DNA of 64,000 bases from Deltaproteobacteria bacterium (GTDB lineage: Bacteria > Myxococcota_A > Bradymonadia > REDH01), in NCBI GenBank assembly GCA_007693585.1, contig REDH01000072.1:77321-141320 (forward strand), written 5' to 3'. Made by a program: the position numbers and the translations under genes. The notes under the pieces are model-generated. The model had not been told where the DNA came from and searched no databases. It was given only the letters and a program-made list of their open reading frames with translations. Positions 18,915-28,300 of the stretch are shown here, piece by piece (positions within the stretch are counted from its first letter, which is position 1; each line of letters begins with the position of its first letter).

Positions 18915-19670
18915 TCAGGAATCATCCCCTCCGGAGGCTCCGGAAGCAAGATCCTCGTCGTCGGACATCCCGTCCGCACCCGCGTCATCCACCTTCTCCG
19001 CAGGCGGCCCGTCCCCACCCCCCCGCGCCACCACCACCATCGCCGGCCGAAGCAGCCGCTCGTGAAGAAAATACCCCCGCTGGAACTCGCGCACCACCGT
19101 GTTGTTCGGCACGCTGGCATCCTCCACCTGCTGGATCGCGTCGTGACGATTCGGATCGAAGGGATGACCCACCGACTCGAAGCCCACACAACCCACCCGG
19201 GAGATGGCCTGCTGGAACTTGCGGACCACCATGTCCACGCCCTCCACCAGCGCCCCGTCCTGGCCCGCTCCCTTCGCATGGACCAGCGCCCGCTCCAGGT
19301 CGTCCAGCGCCGTCACCACCTCCCGCAACACCCCTTCCGCCCCATACTTCAGCGTCTCCTCCCGATCGCGGGCATGGCGCTTGCGCGCATTCTCGAGATC
19401 CGCTGCCTTGCGAAGCAGCCGCTCCCGCGCCTCGGCCGCCTCCGCCTTCGCCGCCTCCAGCGCCAGACGCAACTCCGTCACCTCGTCCGCCGGGGCCCCG
19501 GGCCCCGCCCCATCGGACGGCTCCCCCGACACCGACTCGAGCTTCGCCGTCACCCGCTCCGAAGGGTCCGTCCCCACCTCGGCGATCCCCGACTGTTCCG
19601 GCTCGGGCTCCGTGAAGAGCGCGTCGTACACGTCCTCCTCGCCCGATGGTTGTCCATTCTCTTCGCTCAT
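18915..19670 (-). CDS. grpE: Nucleotide exchange factor GrpE
   Basis: Acidic N-terminus. RLLRKAADLENARKRHARDREETLKYGAEGVLREVVTALDDLERAL...GHPFDPNRHDAIQQV are GrpE family motifs. Start at MSEENGQ. Confidence 0.8.
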   Translation of the reverse strand: MSEENGQPSGEEDVYDALFTEPEPEQSGIAEVGTDPSERVTAKLESVSGEPSDGAGPGAPADEVTELRLALEAAKAEAAEARERLLRKAADLENARKRHARDREETLKYGAEGVLREVVTALDDLERALVHAKGAGQDGALVEGVDMVVRKFQQAISRVGCVGFESVGHPFDPNRHDAIQQVEDASVPNNTVVREFQRGYFLHERLLRPAMVVVARGGGDGPPAEKVDDAGADGMSDDEDLASGASGGDDS

Positions 19671-19790
19671 GGCCTCCCTCCAGCAATCTCGCCAGGATGA
19701 GCACGCGGCGGCCGCGATGGCCGACAGATCATCAGGCGCCCCTACCAAAACCACGGGGGCACCTCCAGCGCAAACCCTGTGCACCCTGCC

Positions 19791-21026
19791 TCAGGTGTCC
19801 ACCACCTGTTCCAGTCCGAAACGCGCGAACGCCTCCCCGCCCCACCGCGCCTCGACATGCTGCAACGCATCCAGACCCAGCGTGTCCGCATGATCCAGCG
19901 CGCGCGACGACGGGACGAACCCGCCGTCGAACACCCGACCCCAGCCGCGCGAGGCCCAGCGCTCGAACAACGGCACCAGCTCCACCACCCCCTCGCCAAA
20001 ACGCCGACGCAGCGCAGCACCATCCACACCCGACACCGTCCGCACACCCGTCAGCAGTCGCTCCCCCAGATGCGTCGCCGCCGTCAGTCGCTCCTCCTCC
20101 GACGGCTCCGCCAGCTCCCCCCGCGACCACGCCTCCAGATACCGCCGCAACGAGCGGGTGTTCGCACGACGAACCGCCATCCCGCCGGACACCCGCAGCC
20201 CGTGCGCACCCACACCGACCGCAAGCACCTCGCGCCCCGACCAGTACCCCTCGTTGTGCCGCGAACGACCCCCCGCACGCGCGTGGCTGCTCACCTCGTA
20301 TCGCTCGAACCCCAGCTCCCCCAGACCCGCACGCTGCAACCGCTCGAGCGTCACCACCGCATCCTGCTCCGGAACAGACAGCATCCCGCGCACCCGACGC
20401 GCCTCGAACGACGTGCGAGGCTCCCACGTCAGCTCGTACGCCGACACATGATCGACCCCCTCGAGCGCTGCCAGCGCACGGAGATCCGCCTCCACCTCCG
20501 CCTCCCCCTGCCCCGGCACCCCGTGCATCAGATCCACCGAGACATGCGGGAATCCCGCCTCCAGCGCCAGCGCCACCGCGCGGAACGCACCCTCCGGAGA
20601 ATGCGCCCGACCCAGCGTGCGCAACACCGGGGCCGAGAAGGACTGCACCCCGAAACTCAGGCGGTTCACGCCCAACCCCCTCCACGCCTCCAGGCGCTCC
20701 CGCGTCACCCCCTCCGGATTGACCTCGAGCGTCACCTCCGGCGGAAGTCCCCACAGACGCGCCACGCACCCCACCACCCGACCGATCTGACCGACGCTCC
20801 ACAGACTCGGCGTCCCGCCGCCCAGATACAGCGTCCGAAGCGCCTGCCCCGCGTGCGCCCGACCCCGCCGCTCGATCTCCCCGACCACCGCGCCACCATA
20901 CGCCTCGTGAGGCACCCGCGACACCACCGCCACCGTGAAGTCGCAATACGGACAATGCCGCGCGCAGAACGGCACATGCACATACATCCCGAACGACGCC
21001 CCTCGCTCCAGCCGAAGCGGGATCAT
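19791..21026 (-). CDS. hemW: Radical SAM heme chaperone HemW (coproporphyrinogen III oxidase-like)
   Basis: MYVHVPFCARHCPYCDF (CxxxCxxC radical SAM motif) with the HemN-like remainder. Its ATG overlaps the upstream stop (ATGA at 21023-21026). Confidence 0.75.
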   Translation of the reverse strand: MIPLRLERGASFGMYVHVPFCARHCPYCDFTVAVVSRVPHEAYGGAVVGEIERRGRAHAGQALRTLYLGGGTPSLWSVGQIGRVVGCVARLWGLPPEVTLEVNPEGVTRERLEAWRGLGVNRLSFGVQSFSAPVLRTLGRAHSPEGAFRAVALALEAGFPHVSVDLMHGVPGQGEAEVEADLRALAALEGVDHVSAYELTWEPRTSFEARRVRGMLSVPEQDAVVTLERLQRAGLGELGFERYEVSSHARAGGRSRHNEGYWSGREVLAVGVGAHGLRVSGGMAVRRANTRSLRRYLEAWSRGELAEPSEEERLTAATHLGERLLTGVRTVSGVDGAALRRRFGEGVVELVPLFERWASRGWGRVFDGGFVPSSRALDHADTLGLDALQHVEARWGGEAFARFGLEQVVDT

Positions 21027-21493
21027 GGACGCACGTCCGTCTCCCACACCCGCTCCGACTCCTGAATCCGAAGCCTCGACGGCACCACCGCAGACGGCCT
21101 CCGCACCGCTGGCGCCTCCCCGAAGCCGTCCCACAGGAACTGGCCTCCAGCACGCGGCAGCGCCATCCGATCCCCGAACTGGCTCATCCGGGCGTCCACA
21201 CGCCCCCCCGACGGAACGTCCCCCGCACTGAACACGTACCGTTCGTCCGCGATCAGACGAACGTCGAACCAGTCCCGACCCCCCGCGTTGCGCACCGTGA
21301 AGTACACAACCTCGTTGGACGCCCGACCACTCTCCACCACCGCACCCAGCGGATTGCCCACTCCGCCGAACACCCCCTCCGACAACCCCCAGAACCCGCT
21401 GAACACGAAGAGCACGGCCGAGACCGCCAGCACCGCGATCCGCTGCCGGGCAAGAGGCCCCTCCAACCACTCTCGTGCTCCCTGCCTCCGCAT
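21023..21493 (-). CDS. Hypothetical membrane-anchored protein (about 157 aa)
   Basis: MRRQGAREWLEGPLARQRIAVLAVSAVLFVFSGFWGL has an N-terminal TM segment. Translationally coupled to hemW through the ATGA overlap. The remainder of the 997-aa minus-strand ORF upstream is antisense to the gene at 21713..23965 and is judged spurious. Confidence 0.45.
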   Translation of the reverse strand: MRRQGAREWLEGPLARQRIAVLAVSAVLFVFSGFWGLSEGVFGGVGNPLGAVVESGRASNEVVYFTVRNAGGRDWFDVRLIADERYVFSAGDVPSGGRVDARMSQFGDRMALPRAGGQFLWDGFGEAPAVRRPSAVVPSRLRIQESERVWETDVRP

Positions 21494-21712
21494 CGTCGAC
21501 TCTCCCTCCATCCCCACCGGACACCACGACCCGGAACGCATCCTGCCGTCCCCGCCGCCCCCGCGCAAGCGCACCGTGCGCTCTCCCCCACGGAACCACG
21601 GGGCCGTCACCGTGTCTTGCAGCACGAGACCCTTCGGTGATAGGGTCCGCCGCGCCGCGGGTGCCCCCGCGCCGCCATCCCCATCCGCACTCTCCCTCCG
21701 CACGATACGCTG

Positions 21713-23965
21713 ATGAAGTTCGTCTGCGACGCCTGCGGCGCGCGTTACAAGATCGATGACTCCCGTCTCAAGCCGGGCCGAGCGCTCCGCATCCGCTGCA
21801 AGCGCTGCACACACGTCATCGAACTGAAGCCGCCCGAAGCCGCCGTGGGAGACACGCTCCCCCACCGCCGAGCCACCGGCCGGCTCACCGCCTTCCGCAA
21901 GGCAGACACCGCCGCCGCACCCGCCTCCGAACTGCCGAAGGTCTGGCACTTCGCCCGAAACGGAGAGACCTTCGGGCCCTACGCCGAACAGGAACTCGTC
22001 ACCCGCTTCGAACGCGGAGACATCGGCGACGAAGTGTACCTCTGGAAAGCCGGCTTCGACGGCTGGAAACCCGCCGCCGAGCTCCCCACCTTCGCCAAGG
22101 CCATCCGCAAGGCCGTCGCTGCCAAGGCACGCTCCGGACCGAGCACACAGCGCCTCTCCGCAGCAGACGTCAAGGCGGCCCTCGCCCCCGACACCGGCGA
22201 CGACGCCGAAGAAAAGACCCGCGTTCACAACCTCGCCGACCTCAAGGCCGGCATCGACGACACCCTCGAAGCCCGACGCACCTCCGCCGAGCAGAAGCGC
22301 CGCGCCGAATCCGAACGAAAGCAGCGCGAACAGGCCGCGCGCGCCGAAGCCGAGCAGAAGCGCCGCGCCGAAACCGAGCGAAGGCAGCGCGAACAGGCCG
22401 CGCACGCCGAAGCCGAGCGCGCACGCGAGATCGAACGCCAGGCCCTCGAAGCCGAGGAACGCGCCCGGGAAGCCGCACGCCGCGAAGCCGAGGAAGCCGC
22501 CCGGGCACGGGCCGAAGCCGAAGCCGAAGCCGCCGAGCGCGACCAGCGCGCCCGACAGGCCGCCACCGAGCGCCGCGAAGCGGACAAGCAGCGTCGAATG
22601 AAGGACCTGCTCAAGGCACCCCGGCCCGCCACGCGCTCCAGCCTTCCCGCCGTCGGGAAGCCGCTCCCGAAACCCGGACCGCCGCTCCCCACCCGTCCCG
22701 CTACCCCGACGACCCCCAAGGCCCCCCCGGAATCCTCCGCGGACGAAGCCGTCACCCCCGATGCGCGGGACGATGACTCCCCCACCCGGGAGCCGCACAC
22801 CACGACCCCCACCGGCGAAGACACCGCAGAGGCCGGCACCCCGGCGAAGGGCATCCCCCTGACCCCCGAAGGACCACCCGAGGAGCCTCTCGACGACCTC
22901 GACGCGGCAGGCACCCCGCCCCGCGGAACCAACATCGGCGCGGAAGACGAAGGACCCGAGGACGCCGCCGCGACCCCGACGACCGAAGCCGCCCGACCCC
23001 AGGTCCGAACCACCGGCGCCATCCGCGCCGAAGCCCTGCTCGCCGACTTCGAGGAACTCGACGCCGACGACCCGTCCGCAGGCATCGAGATGTGGCCCGA
23101 TGCCGACGAGGTCCCCCCACCACCGCCCCCACCGCCCCGGCGCAGAAGGACCCTCGTGTGGGTCGGCGCCGGCACCGTCGCCGTCGCCTTCCTCCTCATG
23201 CTCCTGATCCCGCAGCGCGGAGACGGACCCCGAACGGCCTCCGACGAAGAAGGCACCCTTTCGGTGGAAACCGCACAGGACCGCCAGCGCCGGCTCCAGA
23301 ACGTCGAGGCCGCCACACGACGAGCCGAGCGCACCATCCACACCGCATGGACCCGGGCCGACGGCCGCGTGACCGCCGAAGTCGCCCGCCGCGACGCCGC
23401 CGCCCGACAACGCACCCGCCCCGGGACTCCCGGCGCCGGAACCGCCGAGCCCACCGAGGAACGCCGCTCCCTCGCCGACCAGATCCGCGCCGCCGGAGAC
23501 GGCTCCGCGGACAGCGGCCCGACCGTGCGACGCGACGGCCTCGGACGCGCGCCACTGCCCACAGGCGACCGCCTCGGAAGCCTCTCCGGCGCCGGAACCT
23601 CCGGACTCTCCTCCGGAAGCCTCAGCGGCCCCGGAGCAGACGGCCCCACACGCACCGGGCTCTCCTCCACCGCAAGCCGAGGACCCAGCGCCGAACACTT
23701 CCGACCCGGGTTCGACCGCTTCGTCAGCCCCGCCATCAACCGCTGCAACCAGCGCCACATGGGCGAGGTCGGCGAACTGCTCACAGGTCGTGTCGTCCTG
23801 CAGTTTCGCATCGAACCCGACGGTCGCGTCAGCCGGCTCACCACATCCGGACCCGCCAGCAACACCCCCTTCCTCCGCTGCATGACCAGCGAGAGCACCC
23901 GCTGGCGATTCGAGCCGTTCCAGGGCGAGACCGCCACCATCGAACGCACCTACGTCCTGCGCTGA
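21713..23965 (+). CDS. GltJ/AgmX-like gliding-motility-complex protein. Order of domains: N-terminal MJ0042-type zinc ribbon, GYF-like (DUF4339) domain, coiled-coil and Pro-rich linker, single TM, periplasmic region, C-terminal TonB-C-like (AgmX/PglI C-terminal) domain.
   Basis: MKFVCDACGARYKIDDSRLKPGRALRIRCKRCTHVIEL is the zinc ribbon. WHFARNGETFGPYAEQELVTRFERGDIGDEVYLWKAGFDGWKPAAELPTF is GYF-like. Tandem 21-aa AEQKRRAExERxQREQAA repeats. TM segment TLVWVGAGTVAVAFLLMLLIP. C-terminus GRVVLQFRIEPDGRVSRL...TRWRFEPF is TonB-C-like. The architecture matches M. xanthus GltJ (AgmX) from memory; it was not searched. Confidence 0.55.
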   Translation: MKFVCDACGARYKIDDSRLKPGRALRIRCKRCTHVIELKPPEAAVGDTLPHRRATGRLTAFRKADTAAAPASELPKVWHFARNGETFGPYAEQELVTRFERGDIGDEVYLWKAGFDGWKPAAELPTFAKAIRKAVAAKARSGPSTQRLSAADVKAALAPDTGDDAEEKTRVHNLADLKAGIDDTLEARRTSAEQKRRAESERKQREQAARAEAEQKRRAETERRQREQAAHAEAERAREIERQALEAEERAREAARREAEEAARARAEAEAEAAERDQRARQAATERREADKQRRMKDLLKAPRPATRSSLPAVGKPLPKPGPPLPTRPATPTTPKAPPESSADEAVTPDARDDDSPTREPHTTTPTGEDTAEAGTPAKGIPLTPEGPPEEPLDDLDAAGTPPRGTNIGAEDEGPEDAAATPTTEAARPQVRTTGAIRAEALLADFEELDADDPSAGIEMWPDADEVPPPPPPPPRRRRTLVWVGAGTVAVAFLLMLLIPQRGDGPRTASDEEGTLSVETAQDRQRRLQNVEAATRRAERTIHTAWTRADGRVTAEVARRDAAARQRTRPGTPGAGTAEPTEERRSLADQIRAAGDGSADSGPTVRRDGLGRAPLPTGDRLGSLSGAGTSGLSSGSLSGPGADGPTRTGLSSTASRGPSAEHFRPGFDRFVSPAINRCNQRHMGEVGELLTGRVVLQFRIEPDGRVSRLTTSGPASNTPFLRCMTSESTRWRFEPFQGETATIERTYVLR

Positions 23966-24105
23966 CGACGCGACGGCCACAGCCCGCACGCACCACCACC
24001 CGGGCCCATGGGACACTCCGACGCAGAGGACGAAACTTGCCCTCCAGCCAGCACCGTGCCAGTGTCGGGCGGCTGAACTGCGTCCCCGCTCGTCGGCCCG
24101 TCCGA

Positions 24106-25338
24106 ATGCTCAAGAGATTCCTGAAAGCCCTGGGGCGAAGCGATCCACAGCCCCAGCAGGAGGGCCCCACATCCGGGGAAGCCCTGCTCGACGCCCTGCG
24201 CGAACCGCTGGCCAGCCGCCTCCGGGATTCCGAGCAGTCTCCCGACCACGCCCTCGCGGACCTGCTCGTGGCCATGGCCGAGAGCGACATCCCCGACGAT
24301 GCGACCGCCGAGTCGAGGCGCCTCTACGGACGCAGCCTGCTGCCCCTCCTCCTCGACAATGACGCAAGACCCCCCGGGCTCCAGCTCCGGGACGAAGACC
24401 TCGACCCCGCACGCGCTCTCCTGCGCTCCTTCTTCTTCCGCGAAGGAGACATGCAGGAAAAGGCCTCGACCCTGCTCAAGTTCATCGAGAAGCGCTTCGC
24501 CGCCGAACACTTCGGGCAGGCCGAGATCCTCCTCGAACTCTTCGACAGCGAGCCGGCCACCCGGCGACACAACGAGCTCAACCTCTTCTACGAATCCATG
24601 CTCGTGCGCACCAATGGCACACGACGCTCACCACCTGGCCCCGACACCCTCCGCGACTGGCAACAGATGGCCGAGCGCGGTGCACCGCTCCCGGAACTCC
24701 TCCGCTTCCTCCACCAACAGGCCGGCATCCGGTTCCACATCCGACGACGCAACCCCGACGAGACCCGCGCCTGGAACGAAGCACTCCCCGATCGCATCGA
24801 ACACCACGCGCGCTCCACCTTCCTCGAACGCGTCCCTCCCGCACGATGGAGACCCGCACCCGACTCCCTCGACGACATCCGCACCCTCCTCGAGAATGCC
24901 TGCGGACCGGACGACTTCCAGCGCCAGGTCGAACACCTCACCCGCTCCGCATACTTCATCTCCCGCACCGTCGGACGGACCGGATTCGAACCACTCCTCG
25001 TCCGCTACGTCTCCTGGATCCGGGAGACCTTCACCTCCCCCGCCATCGCCGTGCTGCCCAGCCTCCACCTCTCCGCCCTCGACGAGAACCTGCTCTTCGG
25101 CGACATCGTCCGCTCCATCGTCGCCGAAAGACTCTCGTCGACCACCCGTCCCGAACGGAAGTGCTCCCCCGACAACATCCCCGGTGCACTGACCGCCACC
25201 CGGAACGCCATCGCCGACCTCGCCATCGACGTCCTCCCCGAAGGCGACTACGATCTCGCCGGACTCGTGCTCGACCACGCCATCGGGTACACCCGGCAGG
25301 CCGACACGAGGCACGTCCGCCTCCACAGGCTGCTCTAG
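24106..25338 (+). CDS. Hypothetical cytoplasmic protein (411 aa), lying between the GltJ-like and giant TPR genes
   Basis: In-frame ATG at 24106 (MLKRFLKALGR...). The preceding 1 kb of the same ORF is Arg-rich antisense-like sequence overlapping the gene at 21713..23965 and is rejected. No recognisable motifs. Confidence 0.4.
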   Translation: MLKRFLKALGRSDPQPQQEGPTSGEALLDALREPLASRLRDSEQSPDHALADLLVAMAESDIPDDATAESRRLYGRSLLPLLLDNDARPPGLQLRDEDLDPARALLRSFFFREGDMQEKASTLLKFIEKRFAAEHFGQAEILLELFDSEPATRRHNELNLFYESMLVRTNGTRRSPPGPDTLRDWQQMAERGAPLPELLRFLHQQAGIRFHIRRRNPDETRAWNEALPDRIEHHARSTFLERVPPARWRPAPDSLDDIRTLLENACGPDDFQRQVEHLTRSAYFISRTVGRTGFEPLLVRYVSWIRETFTSPAIAVLPSLHLSALDENLLFGDIVRSIVAERLSSTTRPERKCSPDNIPGALTATRNAIADLAIDVLPEGDYDLAGLVLDHAIGYTRQADTRHVRLHRLL

Positions 25339-25361
25339 CCCCGCCCACTGCCCTCCCCACC

Positions 25362-28300
25362 ATGCCCAACGCCACGGAGGACGGCGCACGGCCACCCGCC
25401 GATGCGCTGAAACTGTCCATCGACTTCCTCTTCGGACGAGGCTTCCTCACCGTCCGCCAGCAGCGCCTCGCCCACTGGGGAACGCTCGACGAACTCCGCA
25501 TGGAAGTCCCCGACCTGCGCTTCCCCTTCGACGTACAGGGCGGGCTGCACCGCTTCCGGCAGGTCCGCCACCACGTCCACCGGCTCCGGTACACCCTCTC
25601 CGAAAACGAGCTCGCCCGAACCCTCGACGCCGCCGCCGATGACATCTCCGGCTTCCACGCCGTCCAGCTCCGCCTCGCCCAGGGATCCCTGGTGCTGTGC
25701 GCCCAGGTCTCCCTCCTCTCCGCACGCGGAGCCATCGCCTGCCGCCTCGCTCCGGCCCCCGCGCTCCTCGACGACCCCCTCACCCTCCAGCTCGTCCCCG
25801 TCGAGTACACCACCTTCGGCGACCTGCCCCTCCCCGCCCCGCTCCTGCTCTCCGAGCTCCTCGGCCGACTCCTCCACCACGCCAGACTCCAGCACCCCAT
25901 CCCCGACTGGGCCCCCCGACTGCACGGCGACGTCCTCCAGCTCCGCCCCAGCCCCATGGTGCTCGCCGGACTCTTCCTCCCCCTGGGCTGGAAGATCCCC
26001 GCCACCGAACGACTCACCGCCGAGACCATCGACATCCGGCCCGGCGCCATTCACATCCTCGCCGCCGGCCGAGACGGCCCGCACCCGAGCCCCCACGAAC
26101 GCCACGACGTCCGCGACGCACGCTCCGGACGCAGCGCCGCCCTCGCCCTCGCCGGACTCGAAGCCCGAGCCGGACTCGAAGCCACCGACCAGGCCCTCTT
26201 CCGCGGAGACCTGCAGAACGCACTCGATGCCTGCAGACCCATCGCCACCAGCAGCGCCGCCCCCGACGTCGCCGTACACCGACTCCTCGACCTCCTCCTC
26301 GCCGCCGGCACCCCCGAGGCCACCGCCGAAGCCTCCCGCATCGCCGGCGATCGCGCCGACCGCGACCCCGAAGACCGGATCGCCCTCCAGACCCTCGCTC
26401 GCCTGCACCCGGACGACGCCTCCATCACCGACCGACTCCTCGAAGCACTCCGCGCCGCCAGCATGACCCCGGAGCTCATCCTCGGCGCCGTCGCCACCGC
26501 CGAAAGCGCCATGCACCGCGACCACGAGGACGCAGGACACCGTATCGCCAGCGCGCTCCGACTCGCGCCGCGACACCCCGAAGCGCTCCGGCTGCGCATC
26601 GACCACGCCCGACGAACCGGCGACCTCACCTCCCTCGAGGACACCCTGCGACGACGTTCCAGCGTCGCCCCCACCCTCCCCGAACGCATCGACCACCACC
26701 TCGAACTCGCCCGCCTCGCGCTCCGACGCAGAGGAGACGCCGCCGAAGCGCGCGCCTGGCTCGAACGAGCACGCTCCCTCTCCCCCGACACCGCCGACAT
26801 CTACACCGAGCTCGCCCACGCCTTCCTCCAGGAAGGACGCCCCGCCGACGCCGTCCGCGCCCTCGACACCGCCGCCACCCGGTACGCCGACGCCCACGAC
26901 CCCGCCGCCGCCGCACTCGCCCGCCGCCGAGCCGCCACCACCTGGCACCAGCAGCTCGACCAGCCCGACGCCGCACTCGCCGAGCTCCAGCGCGCCTGGA
27001 CCCTGCACCCGGACCCCGAAACCGCCATCGAACTCGTCGACCTCGCCATCGCCGCCCGACGACCCGATGACGCACTCGCCCCCCTGCAGACCGCCCTCCA
27101 CACCGCCACCGCACAACCCGTCCCCCCGGACACCCTCGCCGATCTCACCGAACGCGCCGCCAGACTCGACGAGGCCAGAGGCCGAATCGACGAGGCCATC
27201 TCCCGACGCAGGGACCTCCTGCACCTCCGCCCCGCCGACCGCGCCAACCGCAGCGCCCTCGAACGCGCACTCGTCGACGCCGGTCGAGCCGACGAATGGG
27301 TCGCCCTGCACGAAGAACTCCTCGATCACTGCGACCCCGACGAAATCCCCACCCTCCACGCCTCCCTCGCCCGCACCCTCCAGGAAACCCTCGACCGCCC
27401 CCTGCGCGCCGCACACCACTGGCGCCTGGTGCTCACCGCCCAGCCCGACCACCACGAAGCCCTCCATCGCCTCCGAGCCATCCACGCGGACCACCAACTC
27501 TGGCTCGAGCTCGCGGACGCCCTCCAGGCCGTCATCGCGGAGCACCCGGAACACCGCGCCGCACCCACCCTCCGCGCCGTCGCCGCCGAAGCCGCGTCCG
27601 CAGGCGGCGACGACACGCTCGCCATCGACCTCGCCCGAGCCGCGATCGCCCAGCACCCGGAAGCCTCCGCGCCCTGGCTCGCCGCAGCGTCGATCCTCCC
27701 CGACGAAGAGGCCTGGCACGCCGCCGAGCAGTTCGCCGACCGCACCGACGACCTCCCTCGCGCAGCCACCCTCCTGCGCACACTCGGCGACCGCGCATTC
27801 ACCTCCAGCGACGGCATGCGCCGCGCCGTCCGACTCTACCGCCGCGCTCTCCTCCTCGTGAACGACGAGGACACCCGACAACGCCTGCGTCGCGCCGCGG
27901 AACACTGCGGCATGGACCCCGACCGCGTCCTCCCCCCGACCGCCACGGCCCCCCCGCGCGCACAGGCGAACTCCCCGGCCCACGACAGGACTCCACCGGC
28001 TCCCGCCCGCGACCCGAGCTCCGCACCCCCACCCGCACGGCAGCCACCGGCACAGCAGCCGCCCGACGACCGAGCTCCCACACAGCACCCATCCGCGCCG
28101 CACGCTTTACCTCCGCAGACGCTCGCGAACTCCCCGGCCCCCAACAGGACTCCACCGGAACCGGCCGGCGACGACGAGAGCCCTGCGGCACCGGCCGGCG
28201 GGGCCCCAGGGCCACGCCTCGTGGACACCCCACCCGGAGGCCTCGACACCGACCGCCCCGTGGACGGCGCGCCCCCATCCACGCAGGCGCGAAGAATCGA

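Noticed and set aside
21494-24016. Upstream 840 aa of the 21023..24016 minus-strand ORF
   Set aside because: Antisense to the GltJ-like gene. Gly/Ala/Glu-rich repeats mirror the plus-strand coiled-coil codons. Only the 3'-terminal 157 codons are retained as a gene.
23092-24105. N-terminal 338 codons of ORF 23092..25338
   Set aside because: Arg/Pro-rich and overlaps the 3' third of the GltJ-like gene in another frame. The gene is called from the in-frame ATG at 24106.
25335-28103. 922-aa minus-strand ORF inside the TPR gene, and the Arg-rich plus-strand ORFs at 25697..27070 and 27296..28447
   Set aside because: Extreme Gly or Arg/Pro composition, typical of out-of-frame or antisense reads of GC-rich repeat-protein genes.
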